This document shows, in pieces, positions 7,978 to 16,342 of a DNA stretch of 52,832 nucleotides (position 1 is its first letter; every line of letters starts with the position of its first letter). A program made the position numbers and the translations under genes. The notes under the pieces are model-generated. The model was not told the origin of the DNA and made no database searches. It saw nothing but the letters and a program-made list of their open reading frames with translations. This DNA is from a virus (lineage: Duplodnaviria > Caudoviricetes), in the IMG/VR virus record IMGVR_UViG_3300048853_000118, positions 1-52,832 of that record; one strand, given 5' to 3'.

Positions 7978-8805
7978 TTATCTAGGCGGCGCCTGTTGAG
8001 GGGCGGTGGGCGGCACTGGTGAACCGGCTGTGCGGCCGGCCTCGAACGCAGAAATCGTAGAGCTGACAATGCTGAGATTCGACGCTTGGGTACCGAAGTA
8101 GGCAGCTAGAGCAATACCTAGAACCGAAAGGATTGTCGTTATTGATGTAATCCAAAGCGTCTGCTTCAAATTGCCCGCGCTTTCTGCCGCAGCCACAGCC
8201 CGCTCGGCCAGCAGGCTCATAGCTCGCTCGCTGCCGCTGACCTGGGCTGCAAGAGCGTCCATCTTTCCTTCAATTGATGAGAGGCGGCCGTCCATGCGCA
8301 GCTGCATGTTCTCTATCTTAAGGTCAATTTCGCTTTGGCTCGGTGTACTCATAGGTGCATGATCTTCTGTAGACGCAGGGCTGTCAACTCGATTGGTATC
8401 GCGCGCCTGTATGGTGCTGTTGATTTCGGCTGTACGGCGATTCGCAGCGGATACAAACTTCTTTGAGAGTTCATCGATGATTTTGTTCACAGCCCCGGCG
8501 TTTGTCCGCGGCATTGACAGACTATCAATCGATGCGCCCGCCTCTAGGGCTTGGGCCGTCGCCAGCATTTGCTCGGTGACCCTACGAGTGATTCCATGCA
8601 AAAGCCTTTGCACCTCGGTATAAAGCGCGGTCAGCTTATCGCCATCAATGCGCGGGGCCTCTACCTCAACCAGCATTTCTTCGAGAGCGTTGATTATCAT
8701 ATGATAATCTGCAGATGTTCGGCGCTCGAAAGAGTCAGCATTTGCCGGCTCTTTGACGGCCTCTCGTAAACTGGCGATTGCGCGCCTCGCTTCTAACACT
8801 TCCAC
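7978..8805 (-). CDS. Coiled-coil protein with C-terminal TM helix (accessory)
   Basis: EIDLKIENMQLRMDGRLSSIEGKMD heptads then WITSITTILSVLGIALAAYF; GGAGG RBS. Confidence 0.7.
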   Translation of the reverse strand: MEVLEARRAIASLREAVKEPANADSFERRTSADYHMIINALEEMLVEVEAPRIDGDKLTALYTEVQRLLHGITRRVTEQMLATAQALEAGASIDSLSMPRTNAGAVNKIIDELSKKFVSAANRRTAEINSTIQARDTNRVDSPASTEDHAPMSTPSQSEIDLKIENMQLRMDGRLSSIEGKMDALAAQVSGSERAMSLLAERAVAAAESAGNLKQTLWITSITTILSVLGIALAAYFGTQASNLSIVSSTISAFEAGRTAGSPVPPTAPQQAPPR

Positions 8806-8969
8806 TTCGCCTCCAGAATCAGAGCATTCAGCTAAACATCGCGACGCGCAAAAACGTCACCGATGCAGGTCGCACATCACGGCCGAAGTTGGTGCGCTTG
8901 TCGGTACTTCGCAATCCATCCCTGTTTCAACGCCCACCGCACCTCAGTGCGCCAGGTAATGTGCCGCCC

Positions 8970-9308
8970 TTAACAAGCGATGTTCAGGTGTTTTTTAGCT
9001 GCGGTGCAGTTCAGCGCAAGCTCAACGGTGCGGCCCTCCTTTGGGTTGAAGACCGTGAAGACCAGGAAGCTTGTACCATTACACTTCGCGCTAATCGATC
9101 CATCAGCTCGCCGTGTGGCGCCTGACACCTTTTTACAGGTTGGATGATTTTCTTTGATAATCTTGGACGCTACGGCTTGGGCCTCGCCCTTTGGGGCTGC
9201 TCCAACGCTGATGCCGGCAGCCTCTAAGGCGGCTGGAACCAATAACGCGCTCGCAAGAATTGCGGCAACGGCAAAGTTTCTCTGCATTTTCGATTTCGAG
9301 TCCGGCAT
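8970..9308 (-). CDS. Small exported protein, 4 Cys
   Basis: Signal peptide RNFAVAAILASALLVPAALEA; start could be the second Met. Confidence 0.75.
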   Translation of the reverse strand: MPDSKSKMQRNFAVAAILASALLVPAALEAAGISVGAAPKGEAQAVASKIIKENHPTCKKVSGATRRADGSISAKCNGTSFLVFTVFNPKEGRTVELALNCTAAKKHLNIAC

Positions 9309-9376
9309 CTCAGCGTGCCGTTTCGCTCACGCGAGTATAGCTACGCAGCTGGCCTTGAAATCTAGCCAATAGTCAC
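9303..9376. repeat. 74-bp direct repeat, copy 1
   Basis: 63/74 identical by manual alignment to 11700-11773; contains minus-strand TTTCAA...TATACT. Confidence 0.9.
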
Positions 9377-9710
9377 TGAGTCGCCAGCCGTATCGCTTCT
9401 TCCGCCTTTAGCTGCCAATTAGTGCATGTGCTGGACATGCGCGGCAGGGAGGGGGTAAGGATTTGTTGCAGGCGATGCTAACTGAGCACAGCAGTCGGGT
9501 GAGAATGTCCTTGCGTACCCGCCCTGCCAACATGATCGCAGAGTCTGGCTGCAACTGATATTCGGACTGATTGGAGCGGCATTTGCTGAAATTCAGGATC
9601 AAGACGGCAGGCATCCGCGCAATAAGCTAAGCCGAAACGAAACGTGGAGAGATTAAACGGAGTTCTCCCCACGGTTCGTGTGCTATAAACTTTTAAATGC
9701 AATGTGGCGG

Positions 9711-10610
9711 TTAAGCCTTTCCGAGACAGTCTTTCGCTTGCATGCAGTCATTCACGCATTCAAAATATGGTATTCCATCCTTCTTCGGCGCCGTAGGTAG
9801 CGTTTTGTCTGAACAATCGCGTATGCAAATCGCTTTTACCGCGCGGCAACGGGACTGCTCATCTCCAGGGGAGGGGCCGCTGCCGCCGCCTGAGGACGAG
9901 CAACCTGTGCCGTAGTTGATGCACCACCATGAAGGTGGAACAGAGGGGGTATGTGGATCCTGAATAGGTGGAGGAGGTTTAGGCCCAGTGATGATAACCG
10001 GAGGTGGGGGCTCTCCACTGCCAGCTCCGCTACTTGCTTCGCCTGGACCGCTATCACTTGGAACGTCGCAGTCTTCACATACGGCAAGCGGGGAAACGGG
10101 CTCATCAACATTTCCAAGTAAAAATTGATCGCGCAATCTTTTTCTAGCTGTTTCAAAACTCTTCGTAATGCTCACCGCCTTTTTATTTGATATAGAGCTT
10201 AAAAAGGTCCAAGTGAGTGTGCCATCGCACGCTTGCTCAATCTTAAAGTTGAGTTTAGGAACATCGTCGGCCACTAATGTACAGTTAACCTCAGGGCCGG
10301 TGCGTGCTAACGAGCATAGGGCTACCGAAGACTTTGTAATCGCAAACCATGACAGTGGAGAATCTTCGATGAAAGCGCCAAAAATTATCCTTCTAACGTC
10401 GACAATCTTATTCGGCATCTTTACCGCGAGGCACCTGCCGCCGGCTGTGCTACAGACCTGTACATCAGCTCCACCCGCCCAGTTTCCAACGAGCTGCGGC
10501 GCAGCTTCCGCTGCTGCCACTCCTGTTGAAAACAGAACAAAAAATGCACTTACTGCAGAGGAGCAAATAAAATTTCTTAAACTTTGCTGAATCATTGGTT
10601 CTCCGATCAA
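9711..10610 (-). CDS. Secreted Cys-rich protein, candidate polymorphic toxin/bacteriocin
   Basis: Signal peptide ending GVAAA, Pro/Gly/Ser linkers, C-terminal Cx6Cx3C-x18-Cx3Cx5C domain; AT-rich. Confidence 0.6.
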   Translation of the reverse strand: MIGEPMIQQSLRNFICSSAVSAFFVLFSTGVAAAEAAPQLVGNWAGGADVQVCSTAGGRCLAVKMPNKIVDVRRIIFGAFIEDSPLSWFAITKSSVALCSLARTGPEVNCTLVADDVPKLNFKIEQACDGTLTWTFLSSISNKKAVSITKSFETARKRLRDQFLLGNVDEPVSPLAVCEDCDVPSDSGPGEASSGAGSGEPPPPVIITGPKPPPPIQDPHTPSVPPSWWCINYGTGCSSSGGGSGPSPGDEQSRCRAVKAICIRDCSDKTLPTAPKKDGIPYFECVNDCMQAKDCLGKA

Positions 10611-10666
10611 TATGGCGAAATGCCAAATAAATTCTCGGAGATCTACTCTTTCCTTGTCAATATTTA

Positions 10667-10897
10667 TTAACTAGCGGGGGGTATTTTATGCTTATTGACT
10701 GGGTTTAAATCTGGATACTGCATGCCTATCGGGTATATTAGCTCTAAGTAGAGTTCACCCATCGTTTTTCCCACTCCCTGCATCAACTTCGATCGGTCAG
10801 GTTCGCTAATCTTATCGACGCTTTCAGATAGTTCCGCAAGTGAGCGAGAGATGATGGTTATTTGGTCCATCAGATTTTTTGCTGTTTCATAGTCCAT
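10667..10897 (-). CDS. Small helical protein, candidate immunity protein
   Basis: MDYETAKNLM...GVGKTMGELYLELIYPIGMQYPDLNP; GGAG RBS; adjacent to the Cys-rich protein. Confidence 0.6.
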   Translation of the reverse strand: MDYETAKNLMDQITIISRSLAELSESVDKISEPDRSKLMQGVGKTMGELYLELIYPIGMQYPDLNPVNKHKIPPAS

Positions 10898-11202
10898 TTT
10901 AAAGCTCCAGTGTGAATGAATGAGAAAACGCCTTTAATCCTAGATTGAATTTTCTTTTTCAATAGCGTAATTTACCTACCGGTACAATGGATCATGACAC
11001 AAAAAATCGCCGGCGGTTTTACAGCGATTAGTGTAAGCATTTTAGCCTTCTAACTCAAATTAATTAATTGGCTCCTAAAATGGCTCCACAATTTACCGCT
11101 CGTTAAATGTTGTTGAGCCTCATGTCGCAAGCGGTTAATTTTCCGACCCAATTTGCATTGATTGGATCCAACTGGCGACGTGCCGTCTTATCAGGCGTGC
11201 CA

Positions 11203-11682
11203 TCATATTGCCTTCGGCCCGCACGCTTGCTGCCAGCGCGCCAGAAACATCTCTTCTTCAATCAATTCGTCTAATCGAGAATCGGAAGGCGGTGAAATAT
11301 CTGTGCCATCTTCTCGAATGCTGATGTACGCCCGTAGCCGAGCATTCTTGCGCTCGAGTCGCTCGATGAGGTCCTGGGTAGTGGACTCGCCGAGGCGTCC
11401 GCTGCCTTCAATGAAGTTGTTCTCTGGACCGTACGAGATGTACTTCTTGAATCCGACGTAGCCGCCCATGCTGTTCTTGGCGTTCACTTCTCCGCAGAGC
11501 ACGCCGGCCTTCGTGATGCGTTCATTGCGAGTCTGGGCGCTCGCCGGATCCTTGAGCAGGCTGATCATCGGTTCGCGGGCCTTCGGGATGGCGACCCAAT
11601 CGGCGTACTTCTTGAAGAACACTGCAGCAGCGAGGGCGACAAGGATGACCAGGCCGAGAAGGGCGGTTTTGGCTCGATTCAT
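11203..11682 (-). CDS. Membrane-anchored exported protein
   Basis: N-terminal TM; LKDPASAQ...LCGEVNAKNSMGGYVGF motif common in prophage accessory genes. Confidence 0.8.
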   Translation of the reverse strand: MNRAKTALLGLVILVALAAAVFFKKYADWVAIPKAREPMISLLKDPASAQTRNERITKAGVLCGEVNAKNSMGGYVGFKKYISYGPENNFIEGSGRLGESTTQDLIERLERKNARLRAYISIREDGTDISPPSDSRLDELIEEEMFLARWQQACGPKAI

Positions 11683-11699
11683 GTTCTGCGACTACCGGG

Positions 11700-11773
11700 C
11701 GGCATCTAAGCGTGCCGTTTCGCTGGCGCGAGTATAGCTGTGGGGCAGGTGTTGAAATCTAGCTAATAGTCAC
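11700..11773. repeat. 74-bp direct repeat, copy 2
   Basis: Matches 9303-9376; includes the stop codon of 11770-12345. Confidence 0.9.
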
Positions 11774-12345
11774 GGCGCGATGGGTCGCGCAGCATTTCTC
11801 TTCACGACTTCTTGAATCCGTCTGCGCTCGGCGGTCGCCGCTTCGGCGGACAGGAATTTCGTGTAGCACTTGCTGTTCAGATCGCACAGGATGCTGATGC
11901 TTATCTCTGGGCGATCCCAGCTCGCATAGCTACGATACGAAGCTGATGGTTTAGACATCTTGGGAGGCCCGAACCTGGCTGAGATCGAATCGACGATCTG
12001 CTCGAATGGGTGATTATTGCTGGACTCAACGGTGAACTGCTGCAAAGTGCCGTCTTTGGCGATGCTGCCTTCAAACGCCGCAAATGCTGCCCACTTTGGC
12101 CGTGCATCCTCCCCAGGAACGTGTAGCGCGCCGTTGGTCGTGCCAGCGCCTCCTGGTCGAGAGTAGATCCAGCAAAGCGGAGCGCTGTCCTTCGGCGGCG
12201 CATCTTTGCATTTCCGGACTGGCGTCTGCAGTTTTGCACCCAGCGGCAGGCCGAGTACAGTGATCGACTCAGCTGCGCTAGCGGGCCTGGCAGTGGTGAC
12301 GAGTTGGCCGGCGGCGATGATGAGCAATGCGGCAATTTGTCTCAC
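11770..12345 (-). CDS. Exported protein, 4 Cys
   Basis: Signal peptide ending PASA; GTGA overlap with upstream gene. Confidence 0.75.
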   Translation of the reverse strand: MRQIAALLIIAAGQLVTTARPASAAESITVLGLPLGAKLQTPVRKCKDAPPKDSAPLCWIYSRPGGAGTTNGALHVPGEDARPKWAAFAAFEGSIAKDGTLQQFTVESSNNHPFEQIVDSISARFGPPKMSKPSASYRSYASWDRPEISISILCDLNSKCYTKFLSAEAATAERRRIQEVVKRNAARPIAP

Positions 12346-12620
12346 GTGAGCGTCCTTACGTCTATGACTGGCATTTCATCCCACTCGATATGTTCTGCCG
12401 CGGCGATTAGCTCGAAAAGTGGACGCTCCGCGTCGAAGTTTGCGTACGCTCGAGCCGTCCGCCAGCTTGCGTCGTCGCGAGCTACCAGCATCGTTGGCAA
12501 ATCGAACTGATCTTGGATTTGTTCGACAAGGCTTGGTGCATGTCGGCCGCCCAACTGCCATCGTTCAACAAGTACTACTATCGTGCGCTCCCCGCGCAGG
12601 CGCACAACCGAATACAGCAT
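12342..12620 (-). CDS. Hypothetical protein translationally coupled to cI
   Basis: TAATG overlap with the cI stop. Confidence 0.7.
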   Translation of the reverse strand: MLYSVVRLRGERTIVVLVERWQLGGRHAPSLVEQIQDQFDLPTMLVARDDASWRTARAYANFDAERPLFELIAAAEHIEWDEMPVIDVRTLT

Positions 12621-13420
12621 TACAGCCTTTCGCTTTCTCTCCGGACCACGCGGCCCACGATGATGCAGTCCTTGCCGTTACAGACGCGGCGGTAGTATTT
12701 GCGCTGGTCGAGGTGGTCCGACGTCAGCCACCACTGGCCAGCGTCGCGCGTGAGGCGCTTGACCACTGGCTCTCCCTCGTAGTTGATGGCGTAGACGCCG
12801 CCGTCAACCGGGCGGATGTCGGCCAAATTGACTACGACTAAGTCGTCCTCGTAGAGCGTGGGCTCCATGCTTTCGCCCTTCACTCGGATCGCTATCAGCT
12901 GCTCACGGTTGTAGCTGTTCCGGTGGATCCAGTCAGTAGGCACAGCTGTGGTCGACCCGTCGAACCGCTCAGGCTCTGTCTCAAAACCCGCGATCCCCGC
13001 CGATAGGCGAAGTTTTACCTTCGGTATATGTGTGAGAGCGGGATCGTCATTGTCGACCACTCGAACAGGCATGGCCCCAGGCAGCAAGCGCCGCACCTCT
13101 TCGATCGAACGTTCCTTGCCGACGCCGTCAGCTGCCACGTCCGTCAAACCTGTGCTCGCCCATTCAGCGCAATGCTCGGTGTCCATCCAGCCTGTAGGCA
13201 GATTCAACGCTTCCTCAATTCGCCGGGCCATATCGTCACCCATGGCTTTTGGTGTACCGCTTTTACTGTCTGGAGTCTTGTTCTTGATCTGACTGAGATA
13301 GGCCGGCGCCGTGCCAATCCGGCCGGCCAGCTTTGCCTGCGTGCCTGCTCCCTTGGCGTCCGCACTCATAGGGATTGCCAGCAGGAGGTTCAAGCGCCGC
13401 GTTTCGTCATTCGTTTTCAT
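12620..13420 (-). CDS. cI: CI-like repressor (HTH + S24 autopeptidase)
   Basis: TQAKLAGRIGTAPAYLSQI HTH; LSAG cleavage site; VKGESMEP (Ser) and VKRL (Lys). Confidence 0.95.
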   Translation of the reverse strand: MKTNDETRRLNLLLAIPMSADAKGAGTQAKLAGRIGTAPAYLSQIKNKTPDSKSGTPKAMGDDMARRIEEALNLPTGWMDTEHCAEWASTGLTDVAADGVGKERSIEEVRRLLPGAMPVRVVDNDDPALTHIPKVKLRLSAGIAGFETEPERFDGSTTAVPTDWIHRNSYNREQLIAIRVKGESMEPTLYEDDLVVVNLADIRPVDGGVYAINYEGEPVVKRLTRDAGQWWLTSDHLDQRKYYRRVCNGKDCIIVGRVVRRESERL

Positions 13421-13433
13421 AGGCAAGATTAAA

Positions 13434-13498
13434 TAGCAAAACGCTAAAGTAAGGAATGTGCGATTCGCTATTGCAAAACTTTAGCGATTCGCTATACT
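13434..13498. promoter_or_regulatory. OR: three 13-bp operators with divergent PR/PRM
   Basis: TAGCAAAACGCTA 13434, GTGCGATTCGCTA 13458, TAGCGATTCGCTA 13482 (24-bp period); PR TTGCAA(13471)-N16-TATACT(13493). Confidence 0.88.
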
Positions 13499-13505
13499 TG
13501 TGCCC

Positions 13506-13826
13506 ATGGACCTTAAAACCTACCTCACTCAAGGCCGTGGTCGTGGCGCCGCTTTGGCGAAAGCAATCGGCGCACACCCCCCGGACGTCAGCCGCTGGGC
13601 AGACGGCACACGCCCGGTTCCTGTCCACTTCGGAGCGCCGATCGAGAAGGCAACTGACTGCGCGGTGACCCGCAAAGACCTGTTCCCGAACGACTGGGCG
13701 ACTATCTGGCCCGAGCTGGTCCACGAGAATCGGCGCGCTACGGATCCCGTTGCCGAACCCGGCCGCGCAGGTCGCAGTCCACCGAGCGCCGAGAGACTAC
13801 TCAGTCTCGCTGAACCGCCTGAGTGA
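13506..13826 (+). CDS. cro: Cro/YdaS-like regulator
   Basis: GRGAALAKAIGAHPPDVSRW...IEKAT...VTRKDL; divergent from cI. Confidence 0.88.
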   Translation: MDLKTYLTQGRGRGAALAKAIGAHPPDVSRWADGTRPVPVHFGAPIEKATDCAVTRKDLFPNDWATIWPELVHENRRATDPVAEPGRAGRSPPSAERLLSLAEPPE

Positions 13827-13884
13827 GCCGTCTAAGTCATCGTGTTTCGCACTTTCCTGTAACCCGCATCACTAGGAGAAAACC

Positions 13885-14169
13885 ATGAATAACCCGAACG
13901 CCAAAACCATTCCCGTCAAGGGCTACCTCTCGCCGGACGCCTACCTGGCACTGAAAGGCGTGTTCGAACCGATCGGTCTGTCGATGAGCGCCGCGATCGG
14001 CCTGAGTCTGCAGCAACTGTCGGCATCGATCCGCGAACTCGACCCGGCACATCGTACCCGGAGGAGCGTGGGCGGGCATATGCCTAAACCGGGCCTACAG
14101 CGCGGCTGGCCAGTGCCTGGTGCGCGCCGGATCCGCGGTGGCGCCCCAAAGCCTTTCATGCGGGTTTAA
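13885..14169 (+). CDS. Small regulator at the CII position (possibly ribbon-helix-helix)
   Basis: AGGAG RBS; IPVKGYLSPDAYLALK...GLSMSAAI beta-alpha-alpha pattern. Confidence 0.55.
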   Translation: MNNPNAKTIPVKGYLSPDAYLALKGVFEPIGLSMSAAIGLSLQQLSASIRELDPAHRTRRSVGGHMPKPGLQRGWPVPGARRIRGGAPKPFMRV

Positions 14170-14220
14170 GGGGTTTCGGATCTTGGGTGTGTCGGAAAGC
14201 GAATAAGAAAAGAGGGCTAC

Positions 14221-14412
14221 ATGGACGATCAGAAAGATAAGGACAAGGTGGTGGCGAAGGCGCGCAACTGGGCGTCGAGCCGGCGCGCAAAGGCAGCTGC
14301 GACCGGCCCGGCCCGGGAGCGCGCGCAGTCGCGCCACCGGCAGGACGGGAACGAGCTGGCTGAAGCAGTGGAGAAGCTTGAGAAGGGCTTCCTCCAGCAC
14401 AGGTCGACGTAG
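14221..14412 (+). CDS. Small basic hypothetical protein
   Basis: 63 aa, GAGG RBS. Confidence 0.55.
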   Translation: MDDQKDKDKVVAKARNWASSRRAKAAATGPARERAQSRHRQDGNELAEAVEKLEKGFLQHRST

Positions 14413-14467
14413 GCAGCACCCAGGCGGCGGGAAGGCGCCGCCACCAATTCACCAGGAGAAGGACCAG

Positions 14468-14668
14468 ATGTGCAACGCAACCCTGCTCGACGAACTGCGC
14501 CGGCGCTTCGACATCAAGAGCGACTCGGCGCTGGCCGACGAGCTGGACATCCAGCCGAGCCAGATCAGCAAGCTGCGCGGCGGGAAGCGGCTGACGTCAG
14601 GGGTGATCTTGGCGATTCACGAATACCTGGGCGTGCCGGTAAAGGAAATCCGCGAGCTGGCGAGGTAA
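14468..14668 (+). CDS. Small HTH protein
   Basis: KSDSALADELDIQPSQISKLRGG; AAGGA RBS. Confidence 0.8.
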   Translation: MCNATLLDELRRRFDIKSDSALADELDIQPSQISKLRGGKRLTSGVILAIHEYLGVPVKEIRELAR

Positions 14669-14743
14669 AGCCCGCTCCCCACGAATACCACGATACCCCG
14701 GCACCAGTCCGCATACCTGCGCCGGATCACATAAGGAGAGTAG

Positions 14744-14860
14744 ATGGATCAACCCGAGACGAACGACACCGCGGCGGCGCCGCCGATCGAGCCAGGCCAC
14801 GTGATGAGCCCCGAAGCGTGGGCACGCATCCAGGCGGAAATGGCTGAAAGCCAGAAGTGA
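14744..14860 (+). CDS. 38-aa acidic peptide
   Basis: AAGGAGAG RBS; MDQPETNDT...MSPEAWARIQAEMAESQK. Confidence 0.55.
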   Translation: MDQPETNDTAAAPPIEPGHVMSPEAWARIQAEMAESQK

Positions 14861-14884
14861 AAAAGCCCGGCTGCAACCGGGCTT
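14861..14884. terminator. Hairpin, terminator-like on minus strand
   Basis: AAAAGCCCGG ctgcaa CCGGGCTT. Confidence 0.5.
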
Positions 14885-14913
14885 AGTGAAGCGAATCCTT
14901 GAGAGGAAGCCAA

Positions 14914-15177
14914 ATGTTAGCACAATCAAATGCACCGGCGGTGCACGCCGGAGAAAATCAGTCTTCGCCAGCGACCAGCGCACCAGGCCAATACTGGTAC
15001 ACCACCCACCCCGAATACGAGGCGAAGTCCGTCGCCGACCTGGTGGCGAACAACCACCGCGGCGGCTTCGAGATGCGCGTTGGCGACGCAGTCTACGTGG
15101 CCGAGATCCGCCGCCACGTGCTGACCGATGCAGACCTGAATGCGGCCGCCCGCGCCGTGATCGGCGGTGCCGCATGA
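14914..15177 (+). CDS. Hypothetical phage protein
   Basis: GAGGA RBS; ATGA overlap with next gene. Confidence 0.6.
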   Translation: MLAQSNAPAVHAGENQSSPATSAPGQYWYTTHPEYEAKSVADLVANNHRGGFEMRVGDAVYVAEIRRHVLTDADLNAAARAVIGGAA

Positions 15178-15896
15178 CCGCGTTGACCCCTAAACGCTTC
15201 CTCCGCGACGTCGCCGGCCACCAGATGACTGTCGTCCGCGACGATGGCATCTACCGCCACCTGCGCTTCAAGAAGCCTGACACCATCTGCATGCACTTCG
15301 ACCTGATCACCTGGCCGGGCTACCTCTGCTACACCGGCGACATGGGCACTTACGTGTTCACCCGTCTGCGCGACATGTTCGATTTCTTCCGTCGCACCAA
15401 GTCGAAAGACCTGTTCGCGCTCGACCACCACTACTGGGCCGAGAAGGTCGAGGCCGGCGGCCGCGCGAGTCGCGGCAATGGTGTGACCCAGTTCAGCAAG
15501 GCGAAGTTCGATGCCGCAGTGCGCCAGTGGGTGGAAGACTTCGCCAAAAGCGAACGCGAAGAGACGGGTGAACTGAAGGAACTGGAGCTGTGCCAGCGCG
15601 CGCTTGACGATCTGCGCGCCGCGGTCGAGCGCGAGGTGATTGGCGCCGACGATAACGATATCCGCTGTTTCGATGCCGCGAACGATTTCCGATTTGGCGC
15701 CGACGATAGCGAGGCCTGGAGCGCCTACTTCGGCGCTGAGAAGTCGTTCGAGTTCACGGACTTCTGGGAGGTCGATCACGACGAATACACCCACCGTTTC
15801 CAGTGGTGCTGTTTCGCGCTGGTCTGGGGCATTAAGCAGTACGACGAAGTGCGCGCGACAGTGGCGCCAGCTGCGACCGGCGAGGTGTCAGCATGA
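15174..15896 (+). CDS. Conserved phage hypothetical protein
   Basis: RDDGIYRHLRF...FDLITWPGYLCYTGDMGTYVF...YWAEK. Confidence 0.8.
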   Translation: MTALTPKRFLRDVAGHQMTVVRDDGIYRHLRFKKPDTICMHFDLITWPGYLCYTGDMGTYVFTRLRDMFDFFRRTKSKDLFALDHHYWAEKVEAGGRASRGNGVTQFSKAKFDAAVRQWVEDFAKSEREETGELKELELCQRALDDLRAAVEREVIGADDNDIRCFDAANDFRFGADDSEAWSAYFGAEKSFEFTDFWEVDHDEYTHRFQWCCFALVWGIKQYDEVRATVAPAATGEVSA

Positions 15897-16342
15897 CTCG
15901 CGCCCGCTACGTCACCCCTGGCCAGACCGCGGAGCGCATCGAGAAGACGCGCCGCCTGGTCGCTGCTCTGCTGGTCGGCCCACTGTCGCGCGCCGAGATC
16001 GGCAACCTGCTCGAGATGGGCCCGTCGGGCGTGCGCAAGTACCTCGCTGACCTGGGCGAGCGCGTCACGTCGGCTCGCGGCGCCGAAGGACTGATGTGCT
16101 ACCTGGCCGTTACGCCGGAGCAGGCCCAGGCCTACCTGGCTCAGCTCGCCGACGCGCCGGTGTCGCGCCCGACCGGCGTGCCAAAGAGCCCGAAGAAAAT
16201 GGGCTCGCTCGGCCCAGGCCGCCACATCCACATCATGCAGGACGACGAGCACTACTCGGTGCGGCTGCACTCGGCGCCGGCGGCGCGCGATCCGCTGGTG
16301 GCTGCGCTGTTCGGTGCCCGTGCGCCGGAGGCGCGAGCATGA
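15893..16342 (+). CDS. Winged-HTH protein
   Basis: GPLSRAEIGNLLEMGPSGVRKYLADL; C-terminal RDPLVAALFG. Confidence 0.7.
   Translation: MTRARYVTPGQTAERIEKTRRLVAALLVGPLSRAEIGNLLEMGPSGVRKYLADLGERVTSARGAEGLMCYLAVTPEQAQAYLAQLADAPVSRPTGVPKSPKKMGSLGPGRHIHIMQDDEHYSVRLHSAPAARDPLVAALFGARAPEARA

Noticed and set aside
9303-11773. Integron attC sites or IS ends
   Set aside because: Direct repeats lacking the attC inverted core structure; no IntI or transposase present
16096-16338. Extended N-termini given by the ORF track (e.g. MTase from 16096, endolysin from 51436, ORF to 5690)
   Set aside because: They overlap real upstream genes; internal ATGA-coupled or RBS-supported starts fit better
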